A stretch of DNA of 64,000 nt from Gordius albopunctatus (lineage: Eukaryota). The stretch spans positions 1,488,001 to 1,552,000 of the forward strand of contig OZ193909.1 of NCBI GenBank assembly GCA_964276515.1. The letters are read 5' to 3'. A program made the position numbers and the translations under genes. Under the pieces are notes generated by a model. That model had not been told where the DNA came from, ran no database searches, and worked only from the letters and a program-made list of their open reading frames with translations. This document shows positions 39,301-52,700 of the stretch, piece after piece (position 1 is the first letter of the stretch; the number at the start of each line of letters is the position of its first letter).

Positions 39301-40452
39301 TTACTTCAAGATGCTTCGGCGCAACCATTTACCAATCAACTGTTGGACTTGGGAAACGGTAAATTTTCAATTGAACCCACAATGCACGAAATATCATTTC
39401 CATCGCACTTTTGCAAAATACAGTCATCAATTGAAGATGTCGAAAATATGATGTTCCTGGAAATTTCTATTAATTTCACAAATCACGATTGGCTTTGTGA
39501 ACGGGCAATCTTGGCTCCGAAGAATGAAGACCTCAGCAAAATAAATAATCGCATCCTATTGAACATTCCCGGTGAACCATTTATTTACGCATCTGTTGAC
39601 ACAGTTATCGATGCAGATCAGGCGGTGAATTATCCAACTGAATTTCTAAATTCATTAGAACCATCGGGAATGCCACCTCACAAATTGACTCTGAAAATTG
39701 ACTCACCTATAATGATCCTTCGCGATTTAAATCCACCTAAGCTGTGTAACGGAACCAGACTTGCCGTAAAACAACTACTGCCAAACGTCATTGAAGCGAC
39801 AATCATCAGCGACAAAAGTAAAGGAGAAGATGTACTGATTCCGCGCATGCCAATGCTTACAACCGATTTGCCCTTCGAATTCAAGCGCCTACAGTTCCCT
39901 GTGCGCCTAGCTTTTGCAATTACAATCAATAAAGCGCAAAGACAATCACTGAGCGTTTCTGGATTAAATTTGGAAAAACCATGTTTTTCACATGGTCAAT
40001 TATATCTTGCTTGCTCCAGAGTTGGCACACCGAGGAATCTGTTCATTTTCGCACCTGATGGAAAAACTAAAAATGTCGTATATCCTCTCGCATTGCGATG
40101 ATCACCCGTCCTGCCAATATATCATTACTGAGGCCTGTTGTGTGGTATCATTACTGCGACATGTTATGTGGTATGTATAAACCAGGTGAAATTCTTAGTT
40201 ATGGTATTACAAAGAGAGGGAGATGCGGATGGCTCGAAAGGCGATGTGTTGCGGGTAGAGACCTGCACGGTCAATCCGACGCCTGACCCGATTGCGGGTA
40301 CAGGGTAGTGGTCGTAAATGGTCCAAACTTAGGGACTACGGACCAGGTGAATGTGTAGAGACGACGCCCGACTCGGACAAGGCTAATATGATATTATCCT
40401 CTGCTAATACACCCGGGTAAATGGCAAAACAACGTTTGCCGGGTGTATCTAA
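36325..40452 (+). mobile_element. Helitron (decayed autonomous copy)
   Basis: 5' end (C)CTTATATATAAAAATGAAACTATG; 3' hairpin GGCAAAACAACGTTTGCC followed by CTAA; Rep-helicase coding sequence in between. Confidence 0.92.
36570..40101 (+). pseudogene. Helitron Rep (HUH) / PIF1-like helicase, frameshifted, with one intron at 36915-36999
   Basis: Rep: HRSYDALQY, PDLFITF, GLPHAHILIW (HUH), HMIHGPCG, IKYICKYVTKG. Helicase: DAPGRTGKT, IIWDE, GDFRQTLPV, LCNGTRL, QFPVRLAFAITINKAQ, FSHGQLY..CSRV. Several stops and frameshifts. Confidence 0.93.
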
Positions 40453-41044
40453 TTTATATATAGGTTGGAATTATTAACTAAATTTATATGGGACTATAAC
40501 ATCCATGCTGATAATTAATGCAAAACAAACTGAAAGAAAGAATCTAATTTTGGTGTGGTTATTAACTGAGTGAGAAAAGTAGTATTTTCCAATGACATGT
40601 ATGATCTTCGGGACAAATGTTCTTTTTGAACAAAATAATACGCAAATTGTAAAATTTAGTCTAATGTCATTCTGTAATTCTTTGTCATAAGGCCTAGTAG
40701 TGAGATTTTTTTACGTCGTTCAATATTTCATATTTGGTTTGTTGAGAAAAATCTAATTAAACATTTCTGAAAAATTTTCTGACTTATTTTGAAAATTAAT
40801 TATAAGAAGTCAAAAGTCAGTTTAAGTCTCTAAGATTAATTAATTTTATATTAAAACATTTTGCTATTTTATTTTAAGTTATAATGTTATAGAATATATA
40901 TTTTTAGTAGAGATTTATTACAAAATGATTGTATATGACGCATGCTAAAATATATTAGATTAATAAGCACTATATGGATGGAAATTGTATTGTATTTTAC
41001 AATTTCCATGGTGACTTTCTTATTATAAAAATTTTAATATTTTT

Positions 41045-41760
41045 TAAGGAATAGGCTACCCTCGGGACCAAAATTACCTAGGGAAATGGCCACCAATGGG
41101 ACGGAAACAAAATTGTTATGGTATTTGTATTTTTCCACTTTCCTTTTCCCTGTAGAAGAGATGAGTTGGAAGGGGGGGTGGAGCTGTTAGAGTTGGCAAT
41201 TATATCCACCGTAGTGAAGTCCGGACGATTGTTTAGGCCGCCAGCCCATGGGGTGATTGTTAAGCCGTCTGGTCCTTTACCATAAGCGTTTATGCCTGTG
41301 AGCTCCAGTTAGTTAGAAAACCCGGCTTTTTTTTAAAAATGCCAGATTATTTTATTTATTATGGAATTACGGGGATGCCGTCCCTTGCTATATTTGCCGT
41401 GTAAAAGATAATGACCGTTTGCAAGAACAGGTTGGCGACAGAGGTCGCAGTGGAAAAAAGACACAATGTCGCAGCCGAAGCCGAGGTCTACATCAATGGA
41501 AAGTTCCTGACTCTAAATCTAACCATAGATTTTGACTTGGTAGAGCCTCGAGCCATTCGTTACCCCCAGACGTCGCTTAATTAAGGTGGAGATTTCCCCA
41601 AGATAGGTTGTTGGAATAAAGGTAAGCTACGGAATCTGCTATCAGTGGTAAGCCTCATTCCTTTTGGCAAATTCCAGTTCGGTGAGTTAAGGATTCGAGG
41701 TCGTCCCAAGCCTGAAGGGCGCTGTCGTGGTGCGGGTCTAGCATGCGAGTAAGTTGTTTA
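41045..41760 (-). mobile_element. Degenerate CRE-clade LINE, C-terminal part
   Basis: Minus-strand frames give GNEWLEALPSQNL, HCDLCRQ..NGHYLLHGKYSKGRHPR, KGPDGLTITPWAGG and DFTTVDI, matching the copy at 26722. Confidence 0.8.
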
Positions 41761-42350
41761 ATTGCTTCATCCGTTTATTGGCTAATCGATAATATTTCGA
41801 CAATAACCTACGTTATTTATTGTACCACTAATTATAATGTAAGGGCCTCCTTGAAGATGCTCCAATTAAAATCTTTGAATAAATATTTTAATTTATAATT
41901 CATTCAATATTTTATGTTTCGATATTATAATTTTTTACTTTTATTGCTAATCACCATTAAACATTTAATTCTTTAATTTAATCCGATTTACTTTCAAAAT
42001 GTCCAGACCTGAGGATCATTCATTGACTATCTTTGACACCAACACCGAGTGCTTAATTAAGATTATATAGGGCGTTTAATAATATTGTTAAATATTAATT
42101 TATATATAAAAGATATTTAACAAATCTTTAACCTTAGCTATATAAATTACACCTTAGTTGTGATTTTCCTTCATTTTACATTTTGTCCATTTTTCTTTTT
42201 CCTATATAAAAACTCAAGAAGGGCACTCTTTTATCTTTTACTACAAATTCATTCAATTTTTAATAGTGTAAATTGTTTTAGATTTTTAGTCTAGATTGAC
42301 AATTTTAGTGACTCTAGTACGAAGCTGGTCTGGTCACCATGAGAACAAAT

Positions 42351-42513
42351 CATATGCGTAGCCAGGGGGGCAGGGAGGGGCGGCTGCCCCCCCCCCCTTT
42401 AAATCCAAAAAATTGTTGAAATTTATTAATATTATGGATAAACTTTCAAAAAATGTTCGCCCCTGCCTAAATCATTTTTGCTCTCTTCTAATTCCTCGCT
42501 GGCTACACCCATG
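42351..42513. mobile_element. hAT MITE (GGGCGTAGCC family), full length
   Basis: TIR catatgcgtagccag / ctggctacacccatg; perfect 8-bp TSD gaacaaat. Confidence 0.88.
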
Positions 42514-43290
42514 GAACAAATATAAGTTATTTAGTAATTATCAATAGAACCTTTTTTTTCCCATATCATCAAAAACACAGAAATTTGATGCGAAGTCGGC
42601 GCAAATTTATGGGCGTCATTGACCGAATGTCATCTATTTCATAATACATCACAAAGTATTTTTTGCAAAGAGGAATTATTAAGTGCGTAATGACTATTAG
42701 AACTTTATTTAAGCACAGTTTATGAAAATTTCGTTTTAATAGAGTAAATTTCACATGTATTATAAAATTATGATAAGATATATCTAAAAATTGTTATAGA
42801 ATTACATTAATTTATAAGATAAAAAACGTTTTTTTTTCATTTTTTATTTAAAAATGAAAGTTTAAATATAATTTTTACTTTTCTAATCGCGATTTATAAA
42901 TAAAGAATTTGAGTTGCAGCAATATTAAAACGTTTTGAAAACTAACCTACCAAAGTTGTATTTTATAGTCATAATTAATTACAGAGCATTTTTACACTTT
43001 TTTTTTGTAAAGTTCACACATACTTTATAAACATTCTTTAGTGCCGCTATAAACTTTAAATGGAATATCATTGTCAAAAGAAAATTTACATGAATACATT
43101 AATGGAGCATTAATTACAAAGATTGCCAAATAGAGGAGTTCCTATATAAACTTTCCATCAATAATTTATTGAAAATATAAGATCCACACAAGCCTAAGTA
43201 GTGTCGTAATTAAACTTCTACAAGTGAAAAGTCATCAGCTTTGAATTATTTAGACCAAGCTTTTACTTTGCCAGCCCATATATATAATTG

Positions 43291-45366
43291 ATGGAAAAAA
43301 TCTTAAGAATTATATGGCTTAAATCAAAGTTAATAGCAATTTTGATGATATGCATTCTACTAGTTCTCACCTACAGTAAAATATATAATTTGTAATTATA
43401 TTAAATCACTTCATTCGCTCTTTATTAAAGTAATGGGCTATGAGATGATAGAGTAAGGTTGTTTTACTTTTTGCATCACAGGATTCGAACGTAAACCCGA
43501 AGATGATATTACATCAGATATATCGAAGGACAGTTACATTGATGGCACTTCAAAATTGTATTCAAATAACAGCTACATAATGCTTAAATACAATAAAATT
43601 CTTCAAATGTTTAAATCCCATGAAACTAATGATGCATTGCATGTTCCAATATTTCATTTTTGGAATGGTCATTTTTATGACGTATTTAAACGTGCTATGA
43701 ACAAATACGACATATCCTCTATATCCAAGCCAGGTGGACCATGTCTTATAGTTAATGAATCAGAAATATATCTGGCTGACTACATAGTTATAGATCCCTA
43801 TTATACCAATCCCAGAGAATATCCTACAGATTTACCAGGGATAAAAGGACTATTGAAAAGGGGGGTTAAATTTGTACTAATGACCAGAGAATCTGCGGCC
43901 AAATTTAGAGTTAGAAAGTCTCAAAATCAATTTCCAGCACCTGACATTACCTATTGGCAGCATTATTTTAGCCATATAGTTAGCATAGATCCTCGAAGCG
44001 ACATTCATTTGCCTTATGGTGTTCGTAATAAACAGGCTCGTTATATGAAAAGTCCCAAGCTCAAAACCAAAGCCTTTAAAAATAAAAAACTTATAGCAGG
44101 TACTATGGCTTTGTTTGCCATAAATACATATTAAATTAAAGAATACAGCTTTAAAGAGCCTACGTTTGTCGCACTATCACACGTTTAACAAGGCTTTTTA
44201 AAACATTAATTTTTTATATGGTATGTTTAGTTAAATTATTGTAATAACATGCCAACCCTTAGTAGACGATAAAAATAAATATCAAATATAATTAACCACT
44301 TAAATAAGCTATTAACAATAATCCCTTCTATATATTTAATTTTATCGAATTTTGATTATATAGCTTTGGATAAATAATTCGTTTTCAATTTCCTTATGGC
44401 TTTCCCATCGCTTTATATATTTATATTTGTAATCAGCTACAATTAGTAATTGTCGAGCGGCAAAAAGGTTGGAGTATGTATTAGAATTAAAGCGATATTT
44501 ACCTGAGATGGACCTGTTTGGAAAATGCTTTAAAAATCCTAAATGTTTGGTTTTGAAAAAGGTACATATAATTATCTATATAATTTGTATATAAAAAGCT
44601 TTTAAAATTATTTAAAGTGAATTACTAAGTCACTCATTTGTTTTGCATCTTTTAAATATCAATACCTAGCTAAAGGTTCCTAAAATATTAATTTTGTTGG
44701 TTTTATATTATATGTTATTTTTTAAGATTACATCAAACAAATCTTAGCCAACGCCTAATTATAATTAATTGGCTTCAGTGGTCTTGGATTATTTTGCTTA
44801 CAATAGTTAACAGACCATCTATTTTACAAATATTATCATTTTAAAGTTAAAGCTAATTATTCAATCAATATGTATTAAAAAATCAGAATTCATTAAAGAT
44901 GACCCATGATTCCACGTGTACCAAGAATCTATTGTCTCGTTACAAGTTTATTATAGCGATAGAAAACAGTGAGTCATGTACGGCTTACATAACTGAGAAG
45001 TATTGGAATCGACTAAGCAGTATAGGACCCGTTCCTATAGTCGGAGGAACTAAAAGAGATAGTTATGAAAAATGGGCTATTCCAAATTCGTACATACACA
45101 TAGATGATTTTAATGGACCCGCAGCACTTGCTAAATATTTGAAGTTTATGGGTAATTCATACAATGAATACACAAAATACTTAGAATGGTCTAAAACTTG
45201 GAATTGGAATTCTATACCGCATAAAACTTGGTTCAAACTTTGTAATTTAGCCAAAGACTCGATAAATACCCCAACTAATTCGCAATATTCGAATCCGATG
45301 CCTGACCATGTCAAAAAACAAAAAATGTTAAATTGGTGGAATTCTTGTAAAATTAATAATACATAA
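43291..45366 (+). CDS. Alpha-1,3-fucosyltransferase (GT10), about 431-435 aa; exons 43291-43375, 43482-44099, 44437-44561, 44899 (or 44887)-45366
   Basis: Type II anchor KLIAILMICILLVLTY; motifs SDIHLPYG, ISNC..RLEYVLELK, DLFGKC; GT10 signature YKFIIAIENSESCTAYITEKYW; VPIV, PNSYIHIDDF. Junctions are phase-compatible. Confidence 0.92.
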
Positions 45367-45899
45367 AAGATTGTAATAAAAAAATTAATTTTTGTGAAAA
45401 AAAGGTTAACATGTAATATTTCACTAATTTATTTTATACAAAATTTGCATTATTGACGTACCTTGAAATATTGTAAAATAGAAAGTATATTAAATTTCGA
45501 ATATAGCAAGATCATCATTATTCGGCGCTATTTGATATTTCAACTATGAAATTCTAATGCTTTGATGTTATTCTTAAATTAGACTGTTAAATTTCTAAAA
45601 GCTTGTCAATTTTAAACATACATTAGAAGCCTCTAATTGCAAATATGAGCTTAGGTTAGGTCTTATATTTCTTATTTATTTAAACTATTCAGCCATCTTT
45701 CAATCTAACAAAACATATGAATTACAAATATTGTATAACATAGTTGGTTTCACATATATAATAAGCCCATAATCTACGCTAAAAGAGTATATTATTTTTT
45801 TACCTTTTCATTTATTTCAAAGTGCAAAAGATTCATATAGCTACAATTCATATATTTGTATAGGATAACGCAAGATTTAAAGCTAATAAAAAACAGTGT

Positions 45900-47070
45900 C
45901 CTACCTTCAAGACAAATTTTAACACAAGGGTGGGTGAATCATTACGCTGATTATAAAACTAACTTTGAATTATGTTTATGAGTTTATATTTAACTTAATA
46001 ATGGGGCCATATTATTAAATTCATATAGTTCTTTAAGGAGTGCTAAAAAATGTTAACTGGAAACAGATTAAAATAATACTTTATGAGTATGGCTCAAATG
46101 TTAAGCCATGAAAATAGGAAAGGCCTTAAATTTCTACAACGCACAAAATGTTACTTTTAGATTGTGTAAATTGATAATAGAAGTGAATATATTTAGCAGA
46201 GATTGTTGGATGGGAGGTCTGGCTCCTCTTGGGATTCTAGAGATAGTATTAGGAAATGGATTTGTTAAAAAAAGAATTGCTCCAAGATGAGTCAGGCGGT
46301 TGATTAATTGATGGGGTGCATTGTAAGGATGGGGGGGGGGATGACGGGGCTAGGGATTGGCAATAGGGGAGCCTCTTCAAAGTTAGAAGTCAGGGGTGGA
46401 ATTGGTAAATTGTGTAAGGGTATTAGCAATGAATTCAAAGTTTTGTTTTCTATCAATCATTCAGCATTTTAAGAAAACTTTTGTTTAAAATGAATGTTCA
46501 TAATTGGTTATGTGATGAATGTTTGAGGGCTTCAATTCGCTTTGATGATAATGATTATTACAAATTGATTAAGTGTCATTCGTCCATCTAAAAACCGTTC
46601 TCCTAACAAATATTTCTCCTTTTTAAATAAATCTAGCCAAAATAAAAACGTATTTTGCTGTTTTCATTATTAACTTACCTCGCACGCCATATTCATTTTA
46701 ATTTTTTCTATCTGAAAGAATCACGACTTTGCAAAAAATATTATTTAGAAGTGTCTAGCTTCTGTGACATACTGAGAAGTCAAAATAGATTTATGCAACT
46801 TTGATTCAACAAATAATTTGTGCGAGCCGGTGTCTTTAGTCCTCAAGCAATTAATTTTGAGAATAAAGAAAGAAACTCACAGATTGATAGGAGAAGCAAA
46901 TGGACTCTTGTTATATAATTTGCAAAAAAAATTGCCTTTCAATTTATGCTGCTCCCGGAATAAAGTAAATACCAGAAGAAGGGCATCTTAAAGACACAGG
47001 GCCATGAATCCAGAAAAAATTGTGTTTATCAAGGCATATTCGTCGCTTACAAGTGGGGCATAGGGGTTTA
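45900..47070 (-). mobile_element. Probable N-terminal remnants of a CRE-clade LINE
   Basis: Minus-strand segments CPTCKRRI..FWIHGPVSLRCPSSG (about 46970-47065) and TISRIPRGAR..LLNIFTSII (about 46170-46250) resemble the N-terminus of metazoan CRE ORFs. Many stops. Confidence 0.5.
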
Positions 47071-48519
47071 GAGATTAACATGCGTGGAATAAAAAAAATT
47101 GATGAGGTTGAACAATTAAAATTAAAGTTGGGATTATTTTAAATTTTAAAGCTGTATGATTTATAAGAATTTTGCAAGTTTAATAATACAAAAGAGTATC
47201 TGGGAAAATTATTATTAATTGTATGATATTGGAGAAAAAAAGGCTCAAAGGATTCAACAAAGGTTATTATATTAAATAAACCAACAAAAAAAACAAAGAG
47301 AAAGTGATTTATCGAATCCTCAGTAAGACTCAAAGTTACCATAAATAGTTTCACAAGAATATCAATAACTATAGAAATATACAAATTTAATTATAGGTAT
47401 TGATTTTATTTACAAAATAAAATAAAAAGGATTTATTCAATTACTATCAGCAGCAACAATTATATATCATGTGGATGCATTAATCAATGCTAGTTATCCC
47501 AGATATACCTCACATTTGCACAATATTTATTGCCTCTCCCTGCCCCCCCTTTGGCTACCCCTATGATCTTGAATATAATGCATAAGAAAATTAAATTTTA
47601 TTTCTCGTGGAATATAAATTTAACAATACATAATCTGATTTAATAAATGCTTTTTATTTATACGCAAATATTTTTTTGGGGGAATTTGGATCAGGATAAG
47701 TTAGTTTGAATGAGGAACTCAAAATAGTTCAAATATCACTAATTATCATTAAAAATCTCGATAATCAACCATAGAGGTAATTATTGATTAATTAAAGTAG
47801 TTAGCATCTTATTTTTTCTTATCAAATCTATACTATATCTTATAAAGGTACATATAGAAAATTTTAAAAGTTGATATAATTAGTTTTAATGATGACTCAA
47901 ACCCATATGAATATATATTATACACATATTTTAAAAACTGATCCTTTATCTTAAAAGTTATTTTTGATACACTTTTAAAATTTAGGGATTTATTTCATTT
48001 GATTTAGAAGGAGATATTTTATAAAATTGTGAGACTGTATAATCTAGCCGAAAATCACAAGTATTCTTTTCATTATAGAGTACCCGTTGCTAATTTAATT
48101 TTCAGTAATTATAAAATAAAATATAAACATCGAAAAAAGACCTTCAGACTACAAATTATAATAATCAAAAATTTAGCTAAAATAAGAGAAGACTGTTATT
48201 ACCACTGCAGATATTTTGTTTTTAAACAAACATGATTCACGATAAAACTGTTATTTAATCAATTATGTTATTAATATAATTTATTAATTTAAAGATACTA
48301 TAATCTTTTAAAAAACTTTAAATTTTCATATTTCAATATTTTTTGAAAATATTAAATAATTATTTGTTTTAACCTTAACAGTGATGTCAGTTAAAATATC
48401 TATTGGGTAAATATAAATAAACATATTGGCATTTATATCATCACCAAATATATCAATTTGAACCATTAGTGTGTAAGAAAACTTTAAAGAAAATTAGGAG
48501 TGATTTTAATTATATCATA

Positions 48520-49499
48520 CTAGATAAACCCGACAAACGTTGTTTTCCCATTTACCCGGGTGTATTAGCAGAATATATATCATCTTATAGATAAATTTTA
48601 ATAGATCAAGAATATATCAAATATAATTGATAAGTGTTTACTATGCAAAATTTTTTAGACAAATAGTTAAAGAGGGTCCAAGGCCTAGGCCCACCCAAGA
48701 GAGAAAACCTAGCCCCATAGCCCCCCCCCCCCTCAAGGGAAAAATCTTTGGCCCCCTGGCCCTTCAAGAATTTTTTTGTAATTAAGAAACAATATCATAA
48801 TTAAAATTATTTGTTTCTGAATAAAACTTTTAGTTCTGAACTTAATAATGTCCGAAGAACTGAGATATATCAACATTTATTTGCACTTTGTTAAAAGTAT
48901 TTTCATTTTTCTCTTTATTTAACGCGCAAAAAATGACAAAATTAGATTTTTTAATTTATTTAGCCACGCAGGAGGGGACACGACCGTCCTATAATAATAA
49001 TAATTGACGTGAAAAATAAGCAAAAAAAATGACTTTGATATTTAATGTTTCAAAGCGCGTAAAAAGTTTCCATTTTCCGCAACACATGCCTACTGCATTT
49101 ATCACACTACCTACACGATAGATATGCAGTACGTCATGACGTTGCGTTCAAAATTTGTGGTGGCATACATACTACATACATACATACATACATACATACA
49201 TACATACATACATACATACATACATACATACATACATACATACATACATACATACATACATACATACATACATACATACATACATACATACATACATACA
49301 TACATACATACATACATACATACATACATACATACATACATACATACATACATACATACATACATACATACATACATACATACATACATACATACATACA
49401 TACATACATACATACATACATACATACATACATACATACATACATACATACATACATACATACATACATACATACATAGTTTCATTTTTATATATAAGA
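48520..49499 (-). mobile_element. Non-autonomous Helitron of the same family as 36325-40452
   Basis: The minus strand reads A|TCTTATATATAAAAATGAAACTATG ... ACACCCGGGTAAATGGGAAAACAACGTTTGTCGGGTTTATCTAG|T: canonical TC...CTAG termini in an AT target. Confidence 0.92.
49173..49478. repeat. (CATA)n tetranucleotide microsatellite, about 76 units
   Basis: Uninterrupted array read directly; it explains the YIHT/MYVC ORFs. Confidence 0.98.
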
Positions 49500-49735
49500 T
49501 TAATAGTATATGGTACAATATAAATAAATATATTTATGGCATATTGAGTTGCAAATTAAATAAGAAATTAATTGAATCTATTTTAAGCAAAACCTCGACC
49601 GCAACACGCTATTATATCGATTAGCACTAACATGAATTTACGCATTTGCAATAGCTGATTGCATTATAAGCGAGTGGTGTGAGTCCCTATTTTTTCTATA
49701 TTGTTTTAAGGAAGATATAAAAGAAGATTGCAATG

Positions 49736-52700
49736 TGTTAAGGGCTGATATTTATTCACATAAACTATTAGGAGTGTGATACAAAACACGACAAAAAGTG
49801 TCCTGGCGTATATAACCAACGCATTTATAAGTTACAACCAATTAACGATAATTTGATCGCCAACGCGCGTGTAAATAACGTCAACACGCAGGTAACTATC
49901 GTATCCCTGGAGGCACTTCACTCTCCTATTACCTCTCTAGAGTTCCCCCCTTTTTACAGACAAAATCCTTAAGGAATGCTGGCGGTTTTCGGCTACGTTG
50001 TGGGTATCTCGGTTCTTCCTAGGCGTTCCTGTCTGGTTTTGGCTTTGTTCCCTTGTCGCACTTGTTGCCCTGTTTTGTATTTGTTCCCTTGACGCATTTG
50101 TTCCCTCTTCCCTTTCTGATGATATTCTTTGTGGCCACCCGTTCTCTTGTCCTAGCGTGGTCCAATCCAGGATTCTCCGTTTCCTTACTTGATCCAGGTG
50201 TCGGTGGTGCTTTCTTCCCTGTGCCCATACATCGTAGGAACGACTCCCGTATTTGGCCCTTATTGCTTTGACCCAGGAACATGCGTACCCACACCAAGTC
50301 TCCTACGTTGAACATTCGTGTGTTCCTGGTCTCTACCCATTGTTGTGGTACGGTTTCCCTCAATACCTCCCATTTGGTTCGCATACGCCTTTTTAACTTC
50401 CTCTCTGCCGGGCTTTTATTGGTTGCGAGGTGTTTTGTCGATCTATAGTTTTCCAGAAATCTATTTATCCCTACTTCCGACTCGTTCCTCATGATGGCTT
50501 CTTTCATTAATCGTACGTATCTTTCTGCCAAACCATTCGACGCAGGATGGTAAGGAGCTGTCCATCGCTGATTAATCCCTCTCATCTTGCAAAAGTTCTG
50601 TAAATCCTGTCCTTTGAATTGTGACCCATTATCCGATATTAGCCATGGTGGATTTCCAAATCTCGCAAACGTCTCGGCAAGTTTTTTTTATAATGGTTGA
50701 CGATGTGGTGTCTTCTAACTTAAACACCTCTACCCATTTCGAACTATTGTCCACCATCACGAGGTATGATTTACCCTTGAGAGGCCCCATCATATCGATA
50801 TGTACTTGGACCCATGGTTTTTGGCTAGGTTGAAACTCTATCAACGGTGCCTTCTTCACCGCCGTGGCCGTGTAATTGCAATTCCGGCATCCTTTCGCTA
50901 CGCTCAATAAGTCCTCGTCGAGAGTAGGCCACTATATATACTTCCGCGCCACTTCTTGCATTCGCTTGATACCCACGTGGCCCCTATGTAGCCTTTGTAG
51001 TACCGCTCCTCGTAACTTAGCCGGAATTAATATTCGTCGCCCTTTGTAATATATTATGCTCTTGGCCTCATGCAACTTTGGCAGGTGTTTTTCGTAGGTG
51101 CGTTTTAGCCCAGCCGTGACCATTGTGTTTTGTTTACCTTTAATCCACTCTTTTACTTGACGTAGCCCCGGATCCTCCAAGGTGCGTTGTCTTACTACGT
51201 CCAATGAAATAAACGGATTCGTCGAGTCTTCTGGAATTTCCTCGGTAACCTGATACGCGTGTTCGTTCGGTTTCCTGGACAAGAAATCTGCCGCTTTTCG
51301 GCTCCCTTGTTGTACTTGAACTTGGTCGTGTAGCCTGATACCATGAGCGCCCACCTAGTTAGACGAAGTGACCATTGTTCCTTGCCCTTTTTGCTCTGAT
51401 CAAATATATATATTAGCGGTCTATGATCCGTCATAATAGTAACGCTTCGTCCCTGTATATATTCATTGAACTTTTTTAGTCCATACACCACCGCCAGGGC
51501 CTCTCGTTCGATCGTCACATACAGGCTTTCGCTATCGTTTAACGCTCTTGAGGCATAGGCCACCACCCTCCAATTCTCTCCTGGTGTTCATTGCTGTAAG
51601 ATGGCCCCTAACCCTCTACTAGAGGCGTCTACGACCAGGCCCGTCTCCCAATCTCCACTAAAGTACCCCAGTACGGGGGCTTTCGTAAGGACGGATTTGA
51701 TAGCTTCAAACGCACCTTGTTGTTATCCATCCCAGTGGTACACCACATTTTTTCCATTATTTTCTGAATCGGGTGTATGATTTTGGCGTAGTCCTTAATG
51801 AACTTTGCAAAGTATGCTGTTAACCCAAGGAAGGATTTTATTTCTTTTTTGTTTGTTAAATTTTTCCACTGCTTGACTATCTCGGCTTTATTGTCGCTGA
51901 TTTGAATCCCCTTGTTACTTATTACGTATCCCAAAAAGATTACTTCCTTCGCCCACAAGTTGCTCTTGGCAATGTTTGGCACGAACCCCCACTTTTGTAA
52001 CGTTTCTAGTACTTTGAGTAACCGCTCGTTGTGCATTTCTTCCGTTTCCCCTGCAATTAGTATGTCGTCGATGTATACAGCTACCCCCTCCATTCCTCCT
52101 AATATTTGGTCCATTGTTTTTTTGGAAAATAGCCGCAGCACAATTTAAACCAAACGGCATCCTGTTAACTTTGAATAAGCCCTTGTGAGTCTAGATCGTC
52201 AACCGTTGGCTCGTCTCTGGTCCTAATTCAAGCTGTAAGTACGCTTTCGTAAGGTCCAGCTTCGTAAAATAACTCGCGTTATCGAGTTTATTTAACAAAT
52301 CGTCGATTTTGGGTAAGGGGTACAGCAACCCTTGTGCTTATTTATTTATCGTAAACCGGTAGTCTATACATAATCGCAGAGTCGCATCGCTTTTTTCCAC
52401 GGGTACCACTGGGCTGGCCCATCTTGAGAAATCGATTGGTTCCATCACCCCGTCTCTGACCCATTTATTCAGCTCTTCTTCTATTTCTTTCTTCCACGCC
52501 ATCGGCACTCTTCGAGCGGGGATAAATACGGGATCTATGCCCTCTTTTACCGGTACTTCTACCGTTATTCCCTTGACTGCTTGCGGGAATTCGTTTCGCT
52601 GGCCCTCCCATCGCTTCATCACATGCTGGATCGCCAACTTGGTATCCTTCGGTCTTTCAACGTAATTAACCGCGAACCGTTCCGCCGCTGTTCTCGAGTT

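Noticed and set aside
43431..43452. 22-nt micro-exon in the fucosyltransferase intron
   Set aside because: Inclusion shifts the frame to an immediate TAA, while direct splicing 43375 to 43482 is in frame.
49111..49624. Five ORFs of MYVC/YIHT repeats
   Set aside because: They are translations of the (CATA)n microsatellite inside a non-autonomous Helitron.
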